A DNA stretch of 64,000 bases from Octopus vulgaris (Eukaryota): assembly GCA_951406725.2 (NCBI GenBank), contig OX597816.1, forward strand, positions 116,374,001-116,438,000, read 5' to 3'. Position numbers and translations under genes: made by a program. The notes under the pieces were generated by a model, which was not told the origin of the DNA, searched no databases, and saw only the letters and a list, made by a program, of their open reading frames with translations. Position 1 is the first letter of the stretch. Each line of letters starts with the position of its first letter. This document shows, one piece after another, positions 53,826 through 64,000 of the stretch.

Positions 53826-54679
53826 TTAAATCGTCTTGTTTTAACAATGAATCTTTCCAATTTTTTTGTTTTTGTGATACATCAATAGGATTATTGTTCT
53901 AATGGTTTAGTAGTTTATAGATAGACATTCTATATCTGCAGAGACAATCTTAGGGTTAGAAGTTCTCCCTATGGAGAGGACTGCAATGTTCATGTCTTTC
54001 CTCATTTCAAACAGCACTGGTATACTTTCAATAGTGGGGACTAGATAGCCAGGATTATTTACATCAATCTCATATCATTTTCTGATAATTATCTTAAGTT
54101 GTGTAACAGCTAAATGTAACAAGTAGTGGATGGGGGTCACCAAATGTCATGGTATATATTGTAAATGGTAGACTGTGGAAAGTTGAGATGTTAAAATGAC
54201 TAGCTGAACGGTGGCATGGTAAAGATTTTATTTAACTGTTATGAAGTTTCTCAACTGCGATGAATTCGAGATAGTTTTGATAGAAAATTTCATGTCACTG
54301 CTTGTAGAAGACTATTACTTTGTTGTGTGGGAGGAGAAAGGTAAATCATCTTTACTGCATGAAACACCAGAAGGGGAAGAACAGAAAAAGAGAAGTTAAC
54401 ACTCTGAAAGTTGCAGAGAAAATAGAGCATTTATCAACAAATATCTCAATACATAACTGTGCTAAAGTCAAACCAAATCATTTACAATGGAAGAGAATGA
54501 GCTTATCTAGATACAACTTTGTATCACCTAGACTGGTGGCGAATTTGGCAGATTGAACAAACAAATTCTAAGGGCAAATTCTGGGAACAGAAAGAAACTA
54601 ACATAAACATAGAGACTGGTTATGAATCCAGTCTCCATTTGTTACGGTTGTTCTTCAGCTGTTAGCATTAACAAAGATC

Positions 54680-55130
54680 CTTGAAAATTCTAGTTCAAAA
54701 TCAGTTTCAACATTAGTCAACAGCTTCAACTCACTCCAAGCATCTGCAAAGTTAAAAAATGAACATTTAATGTTGTAGGCGAATAGATTTTGAAGGCTTT
54801 TGTTCCTTCCCCTTCTATCTTCTCTATCTTCTTAGTTCTACAATACGACTATTACTTCAAAAAATTCTTATACAGCTTCTTGCAGATAACAATTATTTCC
54901 TGTTCTATTGGTTGAATAACAGAACATTTGTTAGGAAGCAAAATATAAAGATCATTTAATCTTCTGCCTCTACTACCTTGCCAGCATCAGTGTGAGCAAA
55001 GGCATTGTCAAGAAGCAACATCTTTACATGTGGAGAGGAAATTTTCTGATATTTGTTTCAGAACCAGTAACAATGGGGTTAGGGAGCCAGAAATAAATAC
55101 ATTCACACACATTATATTTAGTGACTTGGT
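54680..55130 (-). mobile_element. pogo/Tigger transposase catalytic-domain remnant
   Basis: Minus strand across frameshifts: MLLLDNAFAH...LLPNKCSVIQPIEQEIIVICKKLY, compare LLLDNAPAH...LPPNTTSxIQPMDQGII. Confidence 0.65.
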
Positions 55131-55944
55131 ACTGCTGTAATGCCACCAGCCATATAATTCTCACTGTCCTGCTTAATTAATTGTGATGATGTCGACTAAT
55201 GGTTTCATTATTATGAGTGGTTCAAAACGATCGTACATTCAACTTGTCACTGTTTTTTTTCTTCTTTTCCTTGATATCTTATTGGTCGTTGTTCGATTAC
55301 AAATTAACATTTGGAGTAAAATATTGGAATCGTATTTTGAAACCTCTTTATTTACCCAACCAACGATAAATAGAGATCGTGTCTGTCTATTAGAGAACCA
55401 TACAATCACCCTCCATTTTCTCTCTCTATTTTTGTATATATTTCGCACACACATTCAAATACATACAAACACTCTAATGAAAAAAAGCAAAAACTTTTCT
55501 ACATTGATTCAAGTATTTCTCTCCAAATTCTTTCCAACACACTTTTCTCTTAACAAAAAATTTTACCCGACACACAAATTTTTACTTTTCTCTTTGAAAT
55601 ACTATTCGCCTGGACATTTTATCTCTGATGTTTCTTACCTGACACATTTAACTGTGTTCAGTCTTATTTACGTCTATGGTTAGTTTTAGATAATATCACA
55701 ACGAAACATTCACACACTAATGAAAATGTTTAAGATAAAGTTCCAGTTAGGCGGCGTTTTGGTTCTCTAATAGGGAAACTAAAATCTTCTATTTATTTAC
55801 AGAAGAAAGAGGCTTCAGGATTTTAATCAAATATTTTGCACCGAAAGTTAGTCTGTGTTAAGAATGGTGAACCACGACAAATGAAAATTCAAAGAAAAAC
55901 AACAGTGACAAGCTGAATGTACGGTCATGTTTTAGCTACTCTTT

Positions 55945-56469
55945 TTTCTACTATAGGCACAAAACCTGAAATTTTGAAGAAGAGGGCAAGTCGATTCATT
56001 CAGTGCTAAACTGATACTTATTTCATTGACACCGAGAGAATGAAAAGCAAAGTCGACCTCGGTGGCTCACCGCTCATAATAACAGCAGTCGAACTGATGA
56101 AGTTATCACAATTACTTTTGGTACAAGGCAGCAATTTCGGGGGAGGGGGAAGTCGATTACATCGATCTCAGTGCTTACTTATTTTATCGACCCTGAAAGG
56201 ATGAAAAGCAAAGTCGCCCTCGGTGGTAACAATTCTGCCAGCTCATTACCCAGCGCGGTAAAGATTCGACCAGTTCGCCACCTCCTTTCTACGAAAGGCT
56301 CATGATCTGGATTTTGTGGAGAAGGGGTCAGTCGATCACATCAACCCCAGTACTCAACTGGTACTTATATTATCGACCCCGAAAGCTTGAAAGGCAAAGT
56401 CGCCCTCGGGAGTAACGATTCTGCCAGCTCGGTGCGGTAACTATTAAACCAGTTCGCCGCCTTAAAGTA

Positions 56470-56544
<75 letters not shown>

Positions 56545-56710
56545 CAAACACATATAACATACAGAAAATTGCACTACTAGGCACTGCACACATCCTACGC
56601 AGAACACTTTCCATACAATAACCATCAGAGCATCACAACAAATCACAGCACATACCCAAGGCACACAGAGCTGCGCTCGGTAGTGAAGTGAAAGCACGCT
56701 ATAAAAATAA

Positions 56711-56787
<77 letters not shown>

Positions 56788-56990
56788 TAATAATGGTTTC
56801 AAATTTTGCCACAAGGGCAGCCATTTGGAGGGAGGGGATAAAAAGATTACATCGACTCCAGTATTTCACTGGTACTTAATTTATCGACCCCGAAAGGATG
56901 AAAGACAGAATCGACCTCGGCAGAATTTGAACTCAGAACGAGAAGACAGACGAAATAAGCATTTGGCCCGACGTTTGCCACCAGGGCGAG
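55945..56990 (-). mobile_element. Cluster of about four family-A SINE copies with (AAT)n arrays
   Basis: Repeated tatcgaccc.gaaaggatgaaa..caaagtcg.cctcgg. Confidence 0.85.
56542..56712 (+). mobile_element. R4/Dong LINE 3' end inserted in (TAA)n
   Basis: TNTYNIQKIALLGTAHILRRTLSIQ* followed by a short UTR; (AAT)n on both sides. Confidence 0.85.
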
Positions 56991-57334
56991 GGTTATATTT
57001 TGGGCTACGGCAAATTAACCTCATTCTTAAAGATAAATTATCCATTATCTTCATAATTGGTCATACCTCCGATCGTCATCAAATGTTTTATTCCTACCAC
57101 ACTAACAACTTCCTTTCAATACTGCTGGTATGTCTTGAGTCGATATTATAATTATTAATTACTAGATTAGTGTAAACAATTAAGTGCAATGTAAGAAATT
57201 GACTCGACGAAAATAAAATATATTGAGTACGCGTTTTATCGACTGTCAACACTAAACGGATGTCTGTATATAATATATAAGTATGTATATACGCACATAT
57301 ATATGCATATATATATAAATATATAATAAATATT

Positions 57335-57540
57335 TTATTCTTTTATTTGTTTCAGTTATTTCACTGTGGTCATGCTGGAGCACCGCCTTTTAGTCGAAGA
57401 AATAGACCGCAGAACTTATTCTTTGTAAGCCTGGTATTTATCCCATCGGTCTCTTTTGCCTAACCGCTATGCTACGGGGGCGCAAACACACCAACAACTT
57501 TTGTCAAGTGATGTAAGAGGAACAAACGCAGACACAAATA
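57335..57540 (-). mobile_element. CORE-type SINE (family B) 3' half
   Basis: catgctggagcaccgcc...cggtctcttttgcc. Confidence 0.8.
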
Positions 57541-57651
57541 CACATATACACATAAATATATACATAGATATATATAATATATATATATATATATAAACAT
57601 GCACACACATACATAAGTCTCTATATATATACGTGTGTGTATGTATGTATG

Positions 57652-57685
<34 letters not shown>

Positions 57686-58038
57686 TGTATGTATGTATGT
57701 ATGTATGTATGTATGTATGTATTTAAACGTCTAGTTTTTATTTAATCAACCGTGAAAAGATGAAAGGCAAATTTATTCTCAGTTGGATTTAAATCTAAAC
57801 ATAAATGGACTTGATGAAATACCACAAATCATTTACTCCACTATTTCACCATTTCTGCCATTCCATCAAATGTGTATTTCATTTCCTCTGGAGTAATTTA
57901 ATTAAAGTTATTATATTCATGTATATCAGACATTTAATTGCATTAGTAATGGACTAACTTATAAAGTTACACTTCAGATAAAATTTCAGCTACATTTCAG
58001 AGATTAGCAATAACACACACACATTCATCACACATGTA

Positions 58039-58109
<71 letters not shown>

Positions 58110-58266
58110 TCATACACACACACATATTTATGTATGTATATAAATATATATACACGTACATACATGCATATAAATATGTATGTGTATATGTATGTGTGTA
58201 TATATATATACAAATGTATGTCTGTACGTATGTATGCATGTATGTATGTATTTATGCATGTATGTA

Positions 58267-59432
58267 TGGGGTTGACCAAAATGTCCGTTCAGTTTTTCTT
58301 AGCGAAAATAAGACACAGAGCGATCTATTCAATCGATGTTGTAATTACTGTTTAGTTCCAGTATTTACTACTATCCTGTGAACAGATCCATAATTCCTTG
58401 CTCAAGGAATTCCCTGTTATTTCGGGCCATAAACTCTTCCAGGTGAATCTTTGTATCCTCTTCAGAGTTGCAGGTATGTCCACTCAATGCATTTTGAAAA
58501 GACCGAAACGGGTAAAAATCTGAAAGCGCAAAGTTGGACGAATGCAGGTGCTACAAAACTTCCCAATCAAACCTCACTAACCTCTGTTCCGTCTGCAAAG
58601 TAGTGTGCTGTTTAGCGTTGTCCTCATGAAAACAAAATGCTCTTACTATTGGAAAGTGCTAGACACTTCAGGTGGATCGCTACATTTAATTTGTCCAGCT
58701 TGTCACAGTACACATCAGAATTGAAGATCCTGTCCGTGGAAAGAAGCTCGTAAAAGACAACACGATTCCAATCCCGCCAAATTGAAAGCATAATCTTCTT
58801 CCAGTAAATTTCTGCTTTGGAAACTGTTTGTGATGGTTCGCCACGCTTCCACAATGTTTCTATAGATGATCCATTTTTCCCTTCTCTGTCAGCATTTTCA
58901 CGTCTTTACAACGTCTTTACAACGAAGCACAGATAGAAAACCATTGACCGAAGTTAACCTCTTTCAATTGAGGTAGGAAGCAAACATCTAGCTTGATAAT
59001 GTAACCAAGTTGATGCACACGATTTTTCATACTCGATTTCGTCATTCAGTTAATCTCAGATGGCCGGCTGGATCGGGGACCGAAAAATTTCCTGATCGAA
59101 ATCTTGAAAACCACTTTTGGCACATACGTTCCACAAAAGCACATTCTCCGTACACAGCGAATATCTTACAGCAGGTTACTACCGCTTTCTTGTCATTTTT
59201 TTTAAATATAAAAGCATGAAGTGTCGATAACTTTTGTTTTGGTTCTAAATTTACAGTGATCCCAAGCACACAAAATTCAACCTGTCTCATCGCAAGTTCG
59301 CGGTGAACAACATTGAAGTATGAAGTACCTAAAGAGTTCGAATGCGCAAGGGACAACCAAAAACTAGCAACTTATTAGAATGCTTGAAGATTAGTGCCGA
59401 TAAAAACCGAACGGACGCTTTGGCCAACTCAG
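58267..59432 (-). mobile_element. Decayed near full-length mariner (DD34D)
   Basis: TIRs gttgaccaaaatgtccgttcagttttt / aaaaaccgaacggacgctttggccaac; KIFAVYGECAFVERMCQKWFSRFRSGNFS; KKIMLSIWRDWNRVVFYELL. Confidence 0.88.
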
Positions 59433-60475
59433 TATTGATATACATGCATAAATACATACACACACTTATACATACATAAATGCATACATATACATTTATA
59501 TATATATTATATATGTTTGTGTGTATGAAGTATGCATGTATATTTGTACTTATAACTAATTAGGGTGGTGAATTGTCAAAATCGTTAGGGTGTTGCGCAA
59601 AATGCTTTGCTCGTTTGTTCCAGGCTGTTTATGTTCCGAATTCAGATCCTACTAATATCAATATTACCTGTCAGTCTCCTGGGGACGGGGGTCAATGAAA
59701 TAATAAAATGCCAGGGCAGAGCAGTGAATTAGCAGAAGGAACTTTTAGAGTATTAGATGAAATACTTTGTAGTAACATTATGTTTTCCGGCTTGTTGCAT
59801 TGTGAGTTGCCGGTAATGTCACTGGTATCAAACTGTTTCAGCCCTTGCTTTCTGTTGGAGAAAATTCGTGGCATGGACGGAAAAAAAGATGGCTGCATAG
59901 GTAACAAATAATCTTCCATACGAAACATTTGTCTATGCCTGTGCTCTGACAGATTCGTCCCAGATACTCAGCTAACCCAAATATTCGGCTGTCCTTATCA
60001 ACAGAGGTTGTTGATGTCACTAATTAATGTAGGATTTAATCTTTTGGTTAGCTGTATCCTAGAGCAAGAGACTTTATTTTCACATTGCGGCAATCCAATC
60101 AGTTGGCAAGAATGAGTTTTACATGTAATTCAAAAGGTCAGCTATGTTACATTCTGTGCTATACTGAATCTTGTTGAGGACTGCGTTGAGAGTACGCGTG
60201 TTTGTGAGAAATCTCAGCCGCTTGCACGTAAATTTCACGTGCAGTCAGTTCGGTTGATCGAATAAACTGAAGAAACACTCGTTGTCGTAATGACGGAGTG
60301 GCAGTTCAATCTCTTTGTAACAGAAAATAACGTAGAAACTGTGAGTCATTCAGCATATATACATACATGAACGCACACACAAACATACACACACATACAT
60401 ACATACATACATACATACATACATACATACAAACATACATACATACAAACATACATACATACATACATACATACA

Positions 60476-60506
<31 letters not shown>

Positions 60507-60539
60507 GTATATATATATATATACATAAAGATATATGTA

Positions 60540-60835
60540 TTCTTTTGCTTGTTTTAGCCATTTGATTTCAGCTATGCTGGAGTATTGCTTTGAAGCGTCT
60601 TAGTTGAACAAATCGACCCCAGGACTTATTTTTTAGTGTGTTTACGCTCCCGTAACTTAAGCGTTCGGCAAAATAAACCAATAGAATAAGTTATTCTATT
60701 GGTTTATTTTGCCGAATCGCTAAGTTATAGGGGCGTAAACACACCAACACCGGTTGTCATGCGGTGATGGGGGGACAAACACATACACAAAGACACACAT
60801 GGGTATAGGCATATACATACATACATACATGTATG

Positions 60836-60918
<83 letters not shown>

Positions 60919-60975
60919 GACGGTCTTCTTTCAGTTTCCGTCTACCAAATCCACTCACAAGGCTTTGGTCGGCCT
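60540..60975 (-). mobile_element. CORE-type SINE (family B) with an internal inverted duplication
   Basis: cttctttcagtttccgtctaccaaatccactcacaaggctttggtcggcc; hairpin at 60636-60744. Confidence 0.85.
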
Positions 60976-62592
60976 TTGTTTTGGGGGTTTTGTAAATGTA
61001 CCGGAATCTCAAAACGTGTAGTCGTTTTTAAATTTTGTATTAGATTTATTCACAGACCAAACCGGTTTCGATAATTTTTTTGCGTATCAATAGTATAAAT
61101 ATATAACTAAAAGATTTAAGAGAGCTGAAAGTGACAAGGTAAAAGTTGGACAAACATTTTAGCAGAGTCAAATGTTCCAATCTTCATAGAAATTTTAGTG
61201 AGTTTCCTCGTGATAGATAGTTATATCAATGAAAATGTTTGGTGACAATCATAACAAACGCACATTATTGAAAGTTCAGTCATATTGAGTTTTTATATAT
61301 AAAAAAAAGTAAAGAGGAAAGAGAAGAAGGTGGAGAGGTCTTTTTATAACTTCTGTCGTGGGGCGTGTAGTTGTTTTTTTCAATTTCAGTCTCAATGCAC
61401 TGGTCTCTTCCCAGCTGTTGAAGTTCCGCCGGTTCTCGAAATTTATTTAACCCTCTGAACTCGGAAAGTGGATATATCCGCTCAAAATTTTATTACTGTT
61501 AAATGCGGAAAGGGATTTTACCATAACGGCTTTGAAAGAAACCTTTCCTTTTGCTGCAAAAAGCGGAAACATACCCACCAGTAACACTTTTTTTTAAATG
61601 ACAATTTTTCAGATTTTCTTAATCGTTTAACATATTTCATCAAATATCTCTTTCTAGAGCAAGAATTAAATACTTTTAAGGTTGGATATGAAAACCATAC
61701 CTACAGGAGATACTGAAATAAATTTTTCGTTTGCTTTTGTTTCGTATTATTTTGATATTTGCATTTTATTTTTTGGTGAGTAATTAACATCATTACGGAA
61801 ATGACCGCAAAATTTGATTAAGCACTCGAAAGATTTAAAACCATAAAACAATGTCATGAAAGTAACAAAATTATATTGATGTTTGTATAGTGTTGTATAA
61901 TATCATTTTAATTGATACTATCTACCATATTGTATATCGGAAACAACGTAATCCGATGAATTCATTATTTTATTTAGGACGGTACAATGTAATTGAGTGT
62001 AGATTGGTTGCTATTTCTACCAGTCATTCAAATCCCACAGGGCAAACGTCTTCTATTATAGGCTTCGGTCGAGCAATATCACGAATGTGAAATTTGGTAG
62101 ACAGAAATTGAGCAATAGCCTGACATCACTTTATAAATACATATATAACGCGCAAGCGCGCGCGTGTGTATGTGTGTGTTGTGTATGTTGTGTGTAAGTG
62201 TGTGTGTGTGTGTGTGTGTTGTGTGTATGTGTGTGTGTGTGTTGTGTGTATGTGTGTGTGTTGCGCGCGCGCGTGTTCGGTGTTTCTTATTGATAAAGTC
62301 TAAAGAGCTAGAAACATCGATGTTGGGAAATCCGACAGAGGGTAGCACTGGGCAGATACGGTGTTTTCACACGTTTATTACCATAAGAGAGAATTTCTTT
62401 CTCCACGGAATCTGCAGTGAATTTGCCTTTAGCCGTTGAAATATGTCACAAACATATTTTAACTAATCTAAAGTTCGCTTTTGCCTAAACACTGCTTGGC
62501 GATGATATGACTATAATTATCACGACCTTGCGGCCTACTGGAGCAAATCAGTCAATGTTGTTGACTATATCTTAGTTAAAGCCACAGCTTTA

Positions 62593-62805
62593 ATCGTTAG
62601 CACACTGGGCGAAATGCTTTGCGGTATTTCGTCCGCCGCTGCGTTCTGAGTTCAAATTCCGCCGAGGTCGACTTTGCCTTTCATTCTTTTGGGGTCGATA
62701 AATTAAGCACCAGTTACGCACTGGGGTCGATGTAATCGACTTAATACCTATGTCTGTCCTTGTTTGTCCCCTCTATGTTTAGCCCCTTGTGGGTAGTAAA
62801 GAAAC
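62593..62805 (+). mobile_element. Family-A SINE, well preserved
   Basis: aatcgttagcacactgggcgaaatgc...gttctgagttcaaattccgccgaggtcgactttgcctttcat...ggggtcgataaattaagcacc. Confidence 0.9.
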
Positions 62806-63037
62806 AGCTGTAAGATATAGTGTATATTTATATTTATATCTATTTATATTTATTTATTTATATCCTCTTATAATGATTGTACTTATTGTATTGTATTACT
62901 CATTCATGTACGCTGTTTTGTTATATATTTTTACGTTTAACCTTAATGTTCTTATGTAGTGGTTTAATAAAGTATGTGATTGGGTATTATCTGGTAGTTG
63001 ATTAATGATTTAGATGTATTTCTCCATTTTCTTATTT

Positions 63038-63080
<43 letters not shown>

Positions 63081-63164
63081 ATATGGAGTGAGAGATACAT
63101 ACATACATACATACATACATACATACATACATACATACATACATACATCCATCCATCCATCATA

Positions 63165-63562
63165 CGTAACGCCAAAACAACTGGATTAATATTACCTCAA
63201 GATCTGAATGTGAAATGCTCAGCATGGCAAAAAACGACTACGCATGGGTATGTTTTCTGAAGACTTGAAGTGCAGCCTCTCTTTGACTGGTGACTGCTAC
63301 ATCATATCACACTTCGAAGGCTCCGCATTTGTAATCCATGATTACTTCAAAAGTGAGATTACTACAAAACAACTAGTAAACGAATCAGACAGTGAAACCC
63401 TTGGTGTCCCGAAATGCAACCAAAAACGTAGATTATGTCATATTTTTGAAGAAGACATCACACACGTGATTAACAACTGCCTAAAAATTTCATCAAGATA
63501 TTACCTCCCTATGCGACACGACGTTATCGCAAAAACAATATACAATGCCATTCAAAAACAAA
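63165..63562 (+). mobile_element. R4/Dong LINE fragment (zinc-knuckle/RHD region upstream of the RLE)
   Basis: SHFEGSAFVIH...KRRLCHIFEEDITHVINNCLKISSRYYLPMRHDVIAKTIYN. Confidence 0.8.
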
Positions 63563-63793
63563 CTGTCCTCTCTCTCCCTGTCTGTCTATCCCCCTCTCTT
63601 TATTTCTCTCCCTCTTTCTCTCTCTCTCTCTTTCTTCCTCCTTTTTCCAATGTTTTTCATTTCTCTGACATAGAACATTTAGTCTCAAACGTAACATATG
63701 CTTTAACCTTCCCCATTTCATCCTAAAACTAATACGTATCATCTTTGAATGTCCGTGATTCTCAAGCAATAGCGGCATTGAAGTAACTGTAAA

Positions 63794-64000
63794 TCTCTCT
63801 ATATATAAAGCTGAAGTTGTCTGTGTAAGGCAGGTTTGATAGCCTTCAACTAACACTATCTCCTCCGAGACCCTGCAGCGCAAGTTAACCAAAATTGAGA
63901 GTATGATAGAAGGCTTGCTCTTCCTTCCGTAGAAGAAAAAATTCAAATCGGACCATGTTAACACCAAAAATTATTTACATCAAAAAGGTGCTTTTTTTCT
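63794..64000 (+). mobile_element. Helitron-like 5' end, running out of the window
   Basis: A|TCtctctatatataaagctgaagttgtctgtgt resembles the 5' terminus of the 20899-22090 element. Confidence 0.6.

Noticed and set aside
55183-55683. 166-aa hydrophobic ORF
   Set aside because: T-rich composition inside an old inverted-repeat element; no homology recognised
61000-61900. Possible DNA-transposon remnant
   Set aside because: No TIR pair or coding motif could be established by eye

Overview
Eukaryotic, AT-rich, repeat-saturated non-genic (intergenic or intronic) DNA. The SINE families, (TA)n/(TACA)n/(AAT)n load and transposon mix look cephalopod, probably Octopus (inference). No intact host protein-coding gene is supported: most ORFs in the track are translations of microsatellites or of decayed transposons. 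Recognisable elements are a Penelope GIY-YIG remnant, R4/Dong-type and RTE LINE remnants, several Tc1/mariner lineages (DD34D mariner, Tc1, DD37D maT, probable DD41D, pogo/Tigger), mariner MITEs, non-autonomous Helitrons and at least three tRNA-derived SINE families. The most notable signal is a set of about eight hammerhead-ribozyme (HHR)-like motifs in unrelated short elements, most sitting in or next to dinucleotide arrays and several in inverted or direct-repeat architectures (Penelope pseudo-LTR or retrozyme-like). One, at 11521-11924, has twin inverted HHRs on a rod-like, possibly circularly permuted unit. Several fold-back palindromes also occur. All coordinates, translations and RNA pairings were read by eye and may be off by a few bases.
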